Positions 29,301 to 38,292 of a DNA stretch of 51,134 bases are shown piece by piece. The stretch lies in assembly GCA_036770725.1 (NCBI GenBank), contig DAIPIP010000001.1, positions 1 to 51,134 on the forward strand, in the 5' to 3' direction. The notes beneath the pieces were generated by a model that saw only the letters and a program-made list of their open reading frames with translations, was not told the origin of the DNA and searched no databases. The translations under genes and the position numbers were made by a program. This DNA comes from Opitutaceae bacterium (lineage in GTDB: Bacteria; Verrucomicrobiota; Verrucomicrobiia; Opitutales; Opitutaceae). Within the stretch, counting starts at the first letter, position 1. Every line of letters starts with the position of its first letter.

Positions 29301-29509
29301 TGCTCCTCCAACGGATCCGTTATCTGCGTCTCCACCACCTCTGCGGCGGCGCCGCGGTAGTTGGTGCTCACCGAGACCACCGGCGCGTCGATGTCGGGAT
29401 ACTCGCGCACCGGCAGCGAGGTGAACGACAACAAACCCACCGTGACGATGAGCAACGCGAGCACGATGCACACCACCGGCCGACGAATGGAAAGGTCGGA
29501 GAGGATCAT
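26351..29509 (-). CDS. RND efflux permease (AcrB/MdtB family)
   Basis: 1052 aa; IRRPV, GLVVDDAIV.LEN, KNGILIVEFA and R.RPILMT. Confidence 0.96.
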   Translation of the reverse strand: MILSDLSIRRPVVCIVLALLIVTVGLLSFTSLPVREYPDIDAPVVSVSTNYRGAAAEVVETQITDPLEEQLSAIDGVRLMRSDSTEERSRITLEFTLDRDVDSAANDVRDRVGRALESLPDEVDPPEVSKADADDDPILVLSFNSPTYSRLELAEMADRIAVQRLQTVPGVSAVELRGPRFAMRLWVDADRLAAQGLTISDVEAALRAQNVDVPSGRIESRTREFPVRLDGRLVEVSDFENLVLATRGAHQVKFRDVGRVELGSDDYRRDNRFSGRNTIGVRVLRQSQANLLNVAGAVKDLVPEIKRNLPADVNVDVAYDTSVFVERSVREVQFTLLQAGVLVVLTIFVFLRDWRATMVPLVAIPVSLLGAFAAMSWFGFSINLLTLLALVLAVGLVVDDAIVMLENVYRRIEDGEEPVRAAVFGARQMAFAVIATTLVLIAVFVPVAFQKGSAGRLFFEFGITLALAVGCSSLIALTLTPMLCSRMLKLRRDESGRATHGWLYRKTEPAFEWLNERFSRLLKRALGQQVLVLGVTLIFTVGGMFTYTQLQRELTPEEDRGLFRLIMNFPLGSSPVYATSYASEVEKVLAETPEVDRWFRSTGGGFGGGANRGFAFVSLKLWEDRERSTQEVIAELRSKLRDNTGGLMIVSPVRPLGGRRSGSGGVQMVLQGSDYAELRAMADRFEQELRTNDVIGQIRIEPQPNKPQLDVSIDRARAADLGVPVANIAATLESLLGGRTVTRFRRAAEEYDVIVQVVDSARAQPSDLAAIYVRGAGDQLVQLSSLVDLRETSVPEGFPHLDRQRSITISGQLAEGRTQGDGVAAFEAVAERILPDNIRTAWEGETREFIESASDAWVLFALALLFTFLVLAAQFESWIHPVTIFSGVAVAIAGGVLVLYLSRFWGAPMTDNLFSRFGLILLIGLVAKNGILIVEFANQLQLEGRDAARAAFDAATLRFRPILMTSISTILGALPLAVASGAGAESRNPLGVVIVGGLALSTLITLFVIPMVYILMDKASVSLTGHGSARGLKRAAEIGHEVEKAERETAGV

Positions 29510-30630
29510 TGGCGTTCGCTCCCGATGTCCCGCATTTCCACGAATCGATCCACCGGATTCAACGGCGCGCCGGGAAACAGGATCAAGGCCCCGACGCCGG
29601 ACGAGATGATGCGCGTCCCCGCTTCGAGGGTTTCACCCGCGACCGGACGAATCTCCACCCGCCCTCCCGTGCGCAGACCCGTTTCCACCGTGACGAAGCG
29701 CGCGACCGGCTTCCCCTCCTTCTCCGCCACCGCGATCACCTGCACCCCGCGCTGGCCGGAGACCAACGCCGCCTCCGGCACAACCAAGACCTGCTCGCGC
29801 GTCTCCAGCAAGATGCGCACCGACGCGAACATCCCCGGCCGCAACTCCGGCGGCGGCGAACGCAAGATCGCCTTCACCTCGCTCGCCCGCACCGAGGGGT
29901 CGATACTCGCGCTCACGAAAAACACCTCCCCCTCCGTCTCGACCGGTTGCACGTTCGCCCCCACCCGCACCCTGGCCACCACCCGCGTCCCCACCTCCAC
30001 CTGCGGAATGCTGCGCTCCGGCACGCGAAAAGTCGCCTTCAACGCCGACAAATCATCCAACGTGGTCAACACGCTCGCCGGCGTCGCGTAATCGCCCGCC
30101 GCCAACCGGCGCGCCCCCAGCACCCCGCTGAACGGAGCCACCAACCGCGTGCGCGCCAGACGCACGCGCAACAACTCCAGCGCCGCCACCGTCGCGCGCT
30201 CCTCGCTCCTCACCCGGTCGATCTCCGCCTGCGCCAGCGTTCCGTCCGTCGCCAGCGCATCCGCGCGCTCCCGGTTGATCCGCGCCAAGTCGGCGCGCGC
30301 CTCCGCCTCCTCGACCTGCGCGAGCAACTCCGCGTCGTCGAGTCGCGCCAACAACGCTCCTTTCTCCACCCGTTGCCCCTCCTCGAAAGCGATCTCCCTC
30401 ACGATGCCCGCCAACTCGGGCTGTATCGCCACCGATTCATTCGCCTCCAACGTCCCCGTCACTTCCAGCGTCTCGCTCAAGTCGGCGCGCACCAATTCGA
30501 CCACCTCGACCTTTTGCGGCGCCCTGGCGGACGGCCCCGCCGGCGCGGACGACTTGGGCTTGCACGCGACACCCCCCATTGCTAGCGGCAACGCCACACA
30601 CAGCAGGCGGAAAAAAACGACCGGTTTCAT
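29506..30630 (-). CDS. RND efflux membrane-fusion (periplasmic adaptor) protein
   Basis: Lipoprotein-like N-terminus, EG..V.KG.LL..LD, APF.G and LRPGMF; overlaps the permease start. Confidence 0.93.
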   Translation of the reverse strand: MKPVVFFRLLCVALPLAMGGVACKPKSSAPAGPSARAPQKVEVVELVRADLSETLEVTGTLEANESVAIQPELAGIVREIAFEEGQRVEKGALLARLDDAELLAQVEEAEARADLARINRERADALATDGTLAQAEIDRVRSEERATVAALELLRVRLARTRLVAPFSGVLGARRLAAGDYATPASVLTTLDDLSALKATFRVPERSIPQVEVGTRVVARVRVGANVQPVETEGEVFFVSASIDPSVRASEVKAILRSPPPELRPGMFASVRILLETREQVLVVPEAALVSGQRGVQVIAVAEKEGKPVARFVTVETGLRTGGRVEIRPVAGETLEAGTRIISSGVGALILFPGAPLNPVDRFVEMRDIGSERQ

Positions 30631-30863
30631 GCCGCCCACAGGGGCGACCAGATGCCTCTCGCGCAAGTCCGGGAAGAAAAACAACCGGAAGTCTCAACTT
30701 CGTGACGAAATACGGAAAAAAACACCACAACGACGTTCACTCCCGCCCACAGGTTACACTCGCGCGAATATCAAATCGAAAAACCGTCGCGCCCCACGCC
30801 CGACCGCCTTTCCCACCCCCATGCTTGCGCCGCCCCGCGCACGCCCCACGCTCCGCTTTTCGC

Positions 30864-32969
30864 ATGATCGGCCTGCGCGACGACACCTCCCCCTTTTCGC
30901 CCGACTCCGAACTCGACGACGCCCCGCCGCCGCCGCTGCCCGTCCGCGCGCCCGAACTCGCCGCCAAACTCTTCGGCGAGGGCGGCATCCTCCACACCGC
31001 CCTGTCCCTCGAACACCGCCCCCAGCAGGCGCGAATGGCCGCCGCCGTCGCCGACTCCGTCGCCTCCGACACCCCCCTCGTTTTCGAGGCCGGCACCGGC
31101 GTCGGGAAATCCCTCGCCTACCTCCTCCCCGGCATCATCCACGCCGTTGACCAGAAGCGGCAGCTCATCGTCTCGACCCACACCATCGCCCTCCAGGAAC
31201 AGCTCGACCAAAAGGACCTCCCGCTCTGCCGCCGCGTTTTCAAGGCCGACCCCGATACCGCCCCCTACGCCGACTTCAAATCCGCCGTCCTCCTTGGCAA
31301 GGGCAACTACCTCTGCACCACCCGCCTCGCCACCGCCCTCCGCGACAAACACGAACTCTTCGCCACCCCCGAACACGCCGAGCTCCAGCGCATCGCCGCC
31401 TGGGCCGATCACACCGAGACCGGCCTCCGCCACGAACTCTCCCCCGCCCCCTCGCCCGACGTCTGGGAACTGGTCAACGCCGACTCTTCCGCCTGCGCCC
31501 GCAAATACTGCGACTGCGAAAAGTGTCCCTACCAACGCGCCCGCGCCCGCATCCGCTCCGCCCACCTCATCATCGTCAACCACTCCCTGCTCTTCGCCCT
31601 CATCGCCGCCGGCGGCGCGGTCGGCAACGGCTCCGCCGACAAGGGCGTGCTCTTCCCCGACGACCTCGTCGTCCTCGACGAAGCCCACACCGTGCCCGAG
31701 GTCGCCACCGACTACTTCGGCCTCCGCCTCTCCAGCTACGGCGTCGAGCGCATGCTCCGCCACCTCTACAACCCGAAAACCAAACGCGGCCTCCTCCAAA
31801 AACTCGGCGACCCCGTCGAACGCCAGCTCGTCGCCGACGCCCTCGAAGCCTCGCACCAGTTCTTCGCCGCCCTCTCCGAAAACCACCTCCTCAACCGCTC
31901 CATCGTCCGCATCCGCGCCGAAAACGCCGCCGAGGACTGGCTCAGCGGCCCCCTCCTCGCCCTGCAAAAAGCCGTGCGCACCCGCGCCGACAAATTCGAC
32001 GAGGGCCGCGAGCGCGAGGAACTCCTCGAACAGGCCCAAAAACTCCGCGCCGCCCAGCTCGGCATCCAGCGCTTCCTCGCCCTCGATAAACCCGAGGACA
32101 ACGTTTACTGGCTCGAACGCACCGGTCGCCGCCAGACCGTCGTCGCCCTTCGCTCCGCGCCCATCGACATCGCCCCGCAGCTCAAGGAAACCCTCCTCGA
32201 TCGCCAGACCTCCGTCGTCTTCACCAGCGCCACCCTCGCCGTCGCCGACGATTTAAAACCCTTTCTTCGCCGCATCGGCGGCCCGCGCGTGCGCGCCGAG
32301 ATCCAGTATTCACCTTTCGACTACGCGCGAAACATGCGCGTTTTCCTCGCCGCCGACGTCCCCCTGCCCACCCGCGACGAGGCCCGCCTCGCCCTCGACG
32401 TCCTTGCCGACCACATCGACTTCTGCACCCGCCGCACCACCGGCGGCACCCTTGTGCTTTTCACCAGCTACGCCGACATGCAACGCGTCGCCGAGCTCGT
32501 CGAGCCCACCTACCGCGGCGCGCACCGCCCGTTTTTTATCCAAGGCCCCGGCGCCAACCGCACCGAACTCGCCCGCCAGCTCCGCGAAGCCGGCGACGGC
32601 GTGCTCTTCGGCACCGAGTCCTTCTGGACCGGCATCGACATCCCCGGCGACGCCCTCTCCCAGGTCATCATCACCCGCCTGCCCTTCCAGGTCCCCACCC
32701 ACCCCGTGCTCGAAGCCCGCACCGAGCACATCCAGGCGCGCGGCGGCAACCCTTTCAACGAGCTCACCCTGCCCGACGCCCTCATGACCTTTCGCCAGGG
32801 CGTCGGCCGCCTCATACGCAGCCAGCGCGACCGCGGCGTGGTCACCATCCTCGACTCCCGCATCGTGCAAAAAGCCTACGGCCGCAGCTTTCTCGCCTGC
32901 CTGCCCCAGCCCAAACACACCCGCTTCAACCGCTTAAACCGCGTCGAGGTTTTCCAACCTTTTATTTGA
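30864..32969 (+). CDS. dinG: DinG/YoaA-family ATP-dependent DNA helicase
   Basis: EAGTGVGKS, KG..NYLC, Fe-S Cys cluster, DEAH, TSATL, LFTSY and QGVGRLIR. Confidence 0.92.
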   Translation: MIGLRDDTSPFSPDSELDDAPPPPLPVRAPELAAKLFGEGGILHTALSLEHRPQQARMAAAVADSVASDTPLVFEAGTGVGKSLAYLLPGIIHAVDQKRQLIVSTHTIALQEQLDQKDLPLCRRVFKADPDTAPYADFKSAVLLGKGNYLCTTRLATALRDKHELFATPEHAELQRIAAWADHTETGLRHELSPAPSPDVWELVNADSSACARKYCDCEKCPYQRARARIRSAHLIIVNHSLLFALIAAGGAVGNGSADKGVLFPDDLVVLDEAHTVPEVATDYFGLRLSSYGVERMLRHLYNPKTKRGLLQKLGDPVERQLVADALEASHQFFAALSENHLLNRSIVRIRAENAAEDWLSGPLLALQKAVRTRADKFDEGREREELLEQAQKLRAAQLGIQRFLALDKPEDNVYWLERTGRRQTVVALRSAPIDIAPQLKETLLDRQTSVVFTSATLAVADDLKPFLRRIGGPRVRAEIQYSPFDYARNMRVFLAADVPLPTRDEARLALDVLADHIDFCTRRTTGGTLVLFTSYADMQRVAELVEPTYRGAHRPFFIQGPGANRTELARQLREAGDGVLFGTESFWTGIDIPGDALSQVIITRLPFQVPTHPVLEARTEHIQARGGNPFNELTLPDALMTFRQGVGRLIRSQRDRGVVTILDSRIVQKAYGRSFLACLPQPKHTRFNRLNRVEVFQPFI

Positions 32970-33006
32970 AGCCCGTAACCAAGCCGTTACGAATTCTCTT
33001 CATACT

Positions 33007-33717
33007 ATGCTGCTCACCACCGCCGCCCAGACCGATATCGGCCTCGTTCGCAACGAAAACGAAGACCGCTTCCTGTGCGACCCCGATCTGCACCTCTTCG
33101 CCGTCGCCGACGGCATAGGCGGCCTCCCCGGCGGCGCCGAAGCCGCCGAAACCGCGATCAACGCCATCCTCCGCGACATCCGCTCCACCCCCGCGCCCGA
33201 TCTCGCGCGCGCCTTCGCCGCCGCCCAGTCAGCCGTGCTCGATCTCGCCGACCGCCTCGCCCCCGACACCGGCCTCGGCACCACCCTCTGCGCCGCCATC
33301 ATTCACAACAACGCCCTTCGTGTCGCCAATGTCGGCGACTCCCGCGCCTACCTCTTTCGCCGCGGAAAAATCCTTCTCCTCACCTACGACGACACGGTGG
33401 AAAACGACGTCATTCGCCGCCGCGGCCTCGGCGAACAAATCGAGATGCAGGAACGCTACCGCAACGCCCTCACCCGCTGCATCGGCCAGCCCATGTCACT
33501 CCAAGTCGAAGTAATAGAACACCCTCTCGAAGTTGGCGACCTCATCCTCATCTGCTCCGACGGCATCAGCCGCACCTTGCCCGATTCCCTCATCGCCACC
33601 CACCTCGGCGTCGCCCGCGAGCCGGTCCTCACCCTCGGAGCCCTCATCGCCGCCTCCCTAGAACGCGGCGGCAACGACAACGCCACCGGCGTCCTCCTCC
33701 GCATCGACTCCCTCTAA
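33007..33717 (+). CDS. PP2C-family Ser/Thr phosphatase
   Basis: R..NED, VADG.GG, GTT, NVGDSRAY, CSDG and GG.DN.T. Confidence 0.93.
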   Translation: MLLTTAAQTDIGLVRNENEDRFLCDPDLHLFAVADGIGGLPGGAEAAETAINAILRDIRSTPAPDLARAFAAAQSAVLDLADRLAPDTGLGTTLCAAIIHNNALRVANVGDSRAYLFRRGKILLLTYDDTVENDVIRRRGLGEQIEMQERYRNALTRCIGQPMSLQVEVIEHPLEVGDLILICSDGISRTLPDSLIATHLGVAREPVLTLGALIAASLERGGNDNATGVLLRIDSL

Positions 33718-33774
33718 GCCCCCAAGGAGCGGCGACACTCCTCTCGCCATTTTATACGTCTCCCCCCTGCTTCC

Positions 33775-34086
33775 ATGTCCGCCCCCCGCTCCGCCCGCTT
33801 CGCCGCCCTCGTCGCCTCGCAGCCGGAAAACCCGCTCTTCCGCTTCAGCCTCGCCCAGGCGCTCGACGCCGAAAACCGCCTCGCCGAAGCCGCCGAGCAC
33901 TACCGTTTCTGCGTCGCCTCCCGCGACGACTGGATGATGCCCCGCATCCTTCTCGGCAAAGTCCTCCTCCGCGTCGGCTCTACCGCCGAGGCCAAGCCTG
34001 TATTGGAAAACGCCCTACACCTCGCGGTCGATCAACACCACGAGGAACCCGAGGCCGAGCTCCGCGCCCTCCTCGCCGGGCTCTGA
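33775..34086 (+). CDS. Small TPR-like protein
   Basis: Helical TPR-like pattern (P.NPL.RFSLAQAL...EA..HYR...LGK.L...G...EA...LE.AL). Confidence 0.7.
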   Translation: MSAPRSARFAALVASQPENPLFRFSLAQALDAENRLAEAAEHYRFCVASRDDWMMPRILLGKVLLRVGSTAEAKPVLENALHLAVDQHHEEPEAELRALLAGL

Positions 34087-34145
34087 TGCAGGCCCGACCG
34101 CTGGTCGGGCGCCCGGCCAGCCCGACCAGCGGTCTGGCCTGCATC
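34085..34145. repeat. REP doublet, same family as 14499-14563 (GCAG variant)
   Basis: gatgcaggcccgaccgctggtcgggc ... gcccgaccagcggtctggcctgcatc, between convergent genes. Confidence 0.8.
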
Positions 34146-34154
34146 CTCGACGCC

Positions 34155-34643
34155 TCACGCCCGCTTTCGCCCCAAGCCCCGCAACGCCCACGCCGCCTGC
34201 GCCGCGCTCGCCGCCAACGCGCACCCCGGCGAAACCATCCAGCAAGCGAGCCCGAGCAACACCGCGCCAAGCACGGCGACCACCCCGTCCGCCACCCGCC
34301 GCGCGCCGAGCCGCCATTGCACCGCCGTGATGGCAAGCCACACCGCCGCGCCCGCGCCGATGGACGCCCACCCCAGCCCCTCCTCACCCGCCGCCGAGCC
34401 GACCCCGGCCTCCGCGCGACGCGAAACCAACACCGCCAACACCCAAAACAAGACTTGGTTAAACCCCGTGAACCCGATCGTGAGCGCCGCGACCAACACC
34501 CCCGCCGGACGCGCATCGCCGCCTTCCTCCCCGGGCGACACCCGCGCCGCCAGCGCGCAGCCCGAGCAGCAAAACACCGCGCGATCCTTCGCCGGACGCG
34601 CGACCGAAAACGGCAGGCCGCAATGCGAGCAGACAACTTTCAT
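34155..34643 (-). CDS. Membrane protein with N-terminal CxxC...CCxGC metal-binding motif
   Basis: MKVVCSHCGLPF...FCCSGC followed by about 4 hydrophobic segments. Confidence 0.7.
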   Translation of the reverse strand: MKVVCSHCGLPFSVARPAKDRAVFCCSGCALAARVSPGEEGGDARPAGVLVAALTIGFTGFNQVLFWVLAVLVSRRAEAGVGSAAGEEGLGWASIGAGAAVWLAITAVQWRLGARRVADGVVAVLGAVLLGLACWMVSPGCALAASAAQAAWALRGLGRKRA

Positions 34644-34678
34644 CGCGCGCCTCCGCCTCCCGTGATCAAGGCCGCACC

Positions 34679-34763
34679 AGGTGGAACGCGTTGACCCCAA
34701 CGCGTTCGCGAGCCTCTGCCGCCGCGCCCGAACCAAGCGTCTTGGGGACAAGCCGCTCCACCT
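34679..34763. repeat. REP-like doublet of a second family (AGGTGG leader plus 9-bp hairpin)
   Basis: aggtgg-aacgcgttg-accc-caacgcgtt (34679-34706) and inverted aggtgg-agcggcttg-tccc-caagacgct (34763-34736). Confidence 0.7.
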
Positions 34764-34799
34764 CCAAAACCAACGCTCGCGCACGCTTGCGATGCGCGT

Positions 34800-35339
34800 T
34801 TAGCCGCGCGCGTTATCGTCGTCATCATCAGCGTCGTCATCCGAGCCGCCGCCGAAATCCGGTTCGGCCGCCGGAGCCGGCCCGCGCAAAATCGCGGAGT
34901 CGAGATGCTGGATGATAAGCTCTTGGATCGTGCCGAGGAACACGTAGCACATGTAGGGCTTTTGCAGCGATTCGGACAGCTGCTCCAACTCCACGCCGCC
35001 GCTCTCCAGTTGCTCGTCGTCGAGCACCTTCAAATCATGGCGACGCAGGCGTAGACGCAGCGCGGAGCACGCGCGCACGATCACCTCGGCGTTGTCCTCG
35101 TCGAAAGCCACCACGCCGTTGATGAAAAAGTCGCTGTTAAAAAGCCCCAGCAGCGCGTGCATCTCCTCATGCTGGCCCTCGAGCAGCTCGCTCTTCCACT
35201 CGTCGCGGAAATCGGCGTCGATATCCTCGAGCGAAAGCGGCGCGGCGATCTGCGCCTCCAGCACATCGCTCGACGCCTTGATCAGATCGAGCAGCGGCGC
35301 GACCACGGAGAGACTCAGCTTTACCTCAATTCGTTTCAT
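34800..35339 (-). CDS. Acidic hypothetical protein (DUF2017-like) downstream of clpS
   Basis: Overlaps the clpS end; RA...LRL and Y.FL..IQE.II; clpS-DUF2017 pairing is known from other bacteria. Confidence 0.6.
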   Translation of the reverse strand: MKRIEVKLSLSVVAPLLDLIKASSDVLEAQIAAPLSLEDIDADFRDEWKSELLEGQHEEMHALLGLFNSDFFINGVVAFDEDNAEVIVRACSALRLRLRRHDLKVLDDEQLESGGVELEQLSESLQKPYMCYVFLGTIQELIIQHLDSAILRGPAPAAEPDFGGGSDDDADDDDDNARG

Positions 35340-35682
35340 CGGATTCGAGGATGGCGGTCAGATGCCATTGTTGAAGGGCAAACGCGTAGAGCTCGGCCTG
35401 CTCGCGCAGCCCCGACCAGACGATGGAGCGACCCTGCTCATGAACTTCGAGCATGTGCTTGCGCGCCGTCGGCTCGGAAAAACCGAAGACTTTGCGAAAC
35501 ACCAGCACGACGTAGCTCATCGAGTTCACCGGATCGTTCAGCACGACCACGCGCCACGGCCCCTGCGGAGCCATCACGGTCTGGGTCTGTTCGACTTCGG
35601 CCGGCGCGACCATCGGCCGTGCGCCTGCCAGACGCGGCTCGGCCGCGCGCATGGTGGGGGTGGAAAGCGCCAACAACATCAA
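35326..35682 (-). CDS. clpS: ATP-dependent Clp protease adaptor ClpS (start uncertain)
   Basis: W.VVVLNDPVN.MSYV..VF, ML.VH..GRS.V and E.AE. Confidence 0.9.
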   Translation of the reverse strand: MMLLALSTPTMRAAEPRLAGARPMVAPAEVEQTQTVMAPQGPWRVVVLNDPVNSMSYVVLVFRKVFGFSEPTARKHMLEVHEQGRSIVWSGLREQAELYAFALQQWHLTAILESDETN

Positions 35683-37475
35683 GCCGCGGCCTCCTGTCCC
35701 GACGCGGCCGCGCGCACCAGCTCGGCGATTTTCGCCTCGGCCTCGGCAAGGGCGATTTTTTGCACGTCTTTCGAGGCGCGGGGCTTCACCTCGATGATGC
35801 CGGATTGCAGTCCCTTGCCGCCGATTACGATCCGCATGGGCACGCCGATGAGATCGGCGTCCTTGAACTTGATGCCCGGACGCTCCTCGCGGTCATCAAG
35901 CAACACGTCCGCACCGGCGGCCTCGGCGACCGCCGCAAGTTTTTCCGCCATGGCCAAGGCCTCGGGCAGCTTCGGGTCGAGCAAACAGACCAACACCTGG
36001 AACGGCGCGATGGCCCAGGGCCAGATGATGCCGTCGGCGTCGTGGCTCTGCTCGATCACCGCCTGCAAGGTGCGGCTCACGCCGATGCCGTAGCAACCCA
36101 TGACCATGGGGTGGTTTTGCTTCTGGTCGTCGGTATAGACCGCGCCGAATCGCTCGGAGTATTTGGTGCCGAGTTTAAAAATGTGGCCGACCTCGATGCC
36201 GCGCTTCGATTGCAAAGGCTGGCCCGACTGCGGGCATGGCTCGCCGGTGCGGACGCGGCGGAAATCGCCGAACTTGGTGATGGCGAGGTCGCGGGCCACG
36301 TTGACGTTCTTGATGTGGAAACCGTCCTCGTTGGCGCCGGTGACGCCGTTGCCGATGAGGCGGATGGCGTGGTCGGCGAACACGCCGGCGAGCGCGCCGG
36401 GATTCTTGATCGTGCCCTTGACCGCGCCGAGCGAGCCGGGCTTCGCCCCGAGCACCGGCTCGATCTCTTCGGCCGTGGCGGCGCGGAAAAGCGTGAAACC
36501 AAGCGAACCAAGCTTCGCCTCCTCCAGTTCGTCGCTGCCGCGCAGGATGACGAGGAAGGGTTTGCCGTCGCCCATGTAAACGAGGGTCTTGAACTGCGCG
36601 TCGCCAGAAACTGAATACGGCTCGGCCGCGAGTTGCGCGATGGTCGTGACGCCGGGCGTGGCGAATTTTTCCACGTCGCCGACCGGGGCGGCGTCGGCGA
36701 GGTCGGCGGGCACGAGGGCGCTGGTGGCCTTCTCGCGATTGGCGGCGTAGCCGGCTTCGGAGTAGATCACGTCGTCGTCGCCGATCTCGGCGGGCACCAT
36801 GAACTCGTGCGAGAAGCTGCCGCCCATCACGCCGGTGTCGGCCTCGACCGCGATGGCCTTGACGCCGATGCGCTTGAAGAAGGCCTCGTAGGCGGCCTTC
36901 ATCGCGAGGTAGCTCTTGATCGCGCCCTCGTCGTCGGCGTCTAAGGAATAGGCGTCCATCATCACGAACTCGCGGGCGCGCATCAGGCCGAAGCGCGGAC
37001 GGATTTCGTTACGGAATTTGGTGGCGATCTGATAAAAATTTTTCGGCAGGTCGCGGTAACTGGTGATCTCCTGCTTCACCAGCGGCGTGATGATCTCCTC
37101 GTGGGTCGGACCGAGCACAAACTCGGGCTCCTTCGAACGGCCCTTGCCCGCGCCGGCATGGTCGGTGCGAAACATGATCTCCCGGGCGGCGGCCCAGCGT
37201 GGCCCCTGTTCCCACAGTTCGACGGGATGCAGGTGCGGCATCCAAAGCTCTATCGCGCCGCCCCGTTGGTGGGCGGGTTGCTCACGCTCCAGCTCCTCGC
37301 GGCAGATGGCGGTGAGCTTCTGCATGACGCGCAGGCCCAGCGGCATGAACGTGTAGAGACCCGCGCTCAATTTTCGCACGAGGCCGGCGCGAATAAGCAG
37401 TTTATGCGAAGCGATCTCGGCGTCGGCCGGGCTTTCCTTGAGGGTCGGGACAAAAAATTGGGACCAGCGTTTCAT
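35679..37475 (-). CDS. proS: Proline--tRNA ligase (with insertion/editing domain)
   Basis: LGPTHEE, QIATKFRNEIRPRFGLMRAREF, IEVGHIFKLGTKYS and MGCYGIGVSR. Confidence 0.98.
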   Translation of the reverse strand: MKRWSQFFVPTLKESPADAEIASHKLLIRAGLVRKLSAGLYTFMPLGLRVMQKLTAICREELEREQPAHQRGGAIELWMPHLHPVELWEQGPRWAAAREIMFRTDHAGAGKGRSKEPEFVLGPTHEEIITPLVKQEITSYRDLPKNFYQIATKFRNEIRPRFGLMRAREFVMMDAYSLDADDEGAIKSYLAMKAAYEAFFKRIGVKAIAVEADTGVMGGSFSHEFMVPAEIGDDDVIYSEAGYAANREKATSALVPADLADAAPVGDVEKFATPGVTTIAQLAAEPYSVSGDAQFKTLVYMGDGKPFLVILRGSDELEEAKLGSLGFTLFRAATAEEIEPVLGAKPGSLGAVKGTIKNPGALAGVFADHAIRLIGNGVTGANEDGFHIKNVNVARDLAITKFGDFRRVRTGEPCPQSGQPLQSKRGIEVGHIFKLGTKYSERFGAVYTDDQKQNHPMVMGCYGIGVSRTLQAVIEQSHDADGIIWPWAIAPFQVLVCLLDPKLPEALAMAEKLAAVAEAAGADVLLDDREERPGIKFKDADLIGVPMRIVIGGKGLQSGIIEVKPRASKDVQKIALAEAEAKIAELVRAAASGQEAAA

Positions 37476-37587
37476 GCGATGAGTCGCGTTACCAAACCCG
37501 ACCGCTCCGCCCTCGCAATCGTATTCACCACAAGGAGCCCCCGAGGCGTCCCTCCCAACCCGCGCCCCGCCGAATTTCCCGGCTCGT

Positions 37588-37622
37588 CATTGGCCATGGG
37601 CCATTGGACATTGGTCCTTTGC
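37588..37622 (+). repeat. 7-bp tandem array (CATTGGN), 5 units
   Basis: cattggc catgggc cattgga cattggt cctttgc, ending 4 nt before ATG 37627. Confidence 0.75.
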
Positions 37623-37626
37623 CCAT

Positions 37627-38250
37627 ATGTCCGCCGTCTCCCGCAAACCCTGGCCCATGCGCTGGATCGTCGCATCCATCGTCCTCTTTTTGGTGCCCTA
37701 CACCTACATCACGATCAAGTATCGCAAACCGGGCAAGGCCTTCGAGCCCTACGCGGATTTCAAGGAACAGGCCAACGTGCATCGGCTCAACGACGCCGGC
37801 TACCGTCGGGTCGCGATCCGCGCCGAGCGTCCTTTTCCCAGCCTCGCGCCGGGCGAGATCACGCGCGGCGCGCCCGCCCGACCCGCCCCCGCTCCCGGCG
37901 GCCTGCCCGACCCGCTTGGCAAGACTCTGGTTGAAATTCCCCTGCTGCCCGTCGGCTACCGCGACCTCGTCGCCGCCGAAGAACTCGGCTCCATGCTACC
38001 CGCGCGCATTCAGTTTGTCGCCCGTTTCGAGACCGACCGCGAACAGCTGGGCGGCGCGGAGGTGTTTTTGCGCGAAAACACCATCGTCATCGTGCCGACC
38101 TTCGAGGCGGTGCCCGGAGATTTGCAGGCGCGCTCCAAGGAGAGCCCCGTTTTGCTCACCCTGCCCGGCGGCCTGCTCGGGCCGGGCGAGTATCTGATAA
38201 CCCTCGCCGGCGCGCGCGATTCCCTGCGCTGGTCCGTGGTCGTGCGTTGA
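37627..38250 (+). CDS. Hypothetical membrane-anchored protein
   Basis: Single N-terminal TM followed by a soluble domain; genome-like codon usage. Confidence 0.75.
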   Translation: MSAVSRKPWPMRWIVASIVLFLVPYTYITIKYRKPGKAFEPYADFKEQANVHRLNDAGYRRVAIRAERPFPSLAPGEITRGAPARPAPAPGGLPDPLGKTLVEIPLLPVGYRDLVAAEELGSMLPARIQFVARFETDREQLGGAEVFLRENTIVIVPTFEAVPGDLQARSKESPVLLTLPGGLLGPGEYLITLAGARDSLRWSVVVR

Positions 38251-38292
38251 CGCGCCCGCCGGCTTGCCCGACAAGCTCACTCCCGAAAATCA

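Noticed and set aside
26687..30091. 1134-aa plus-strand ORF and similar long Arg/Pro/Ala-rich ORFs (e.g. 23767-25971, 40132-42456)
   Set aside because: Antisense or off-frame shadows of well-supported genes, expected at high GC; no motifs
32974..32991. CGTAAC-N6-GTTACG inverted repeat before the PP2C gene
   Set aside because: Only 6-bp arms and a single occurrence; could be chance
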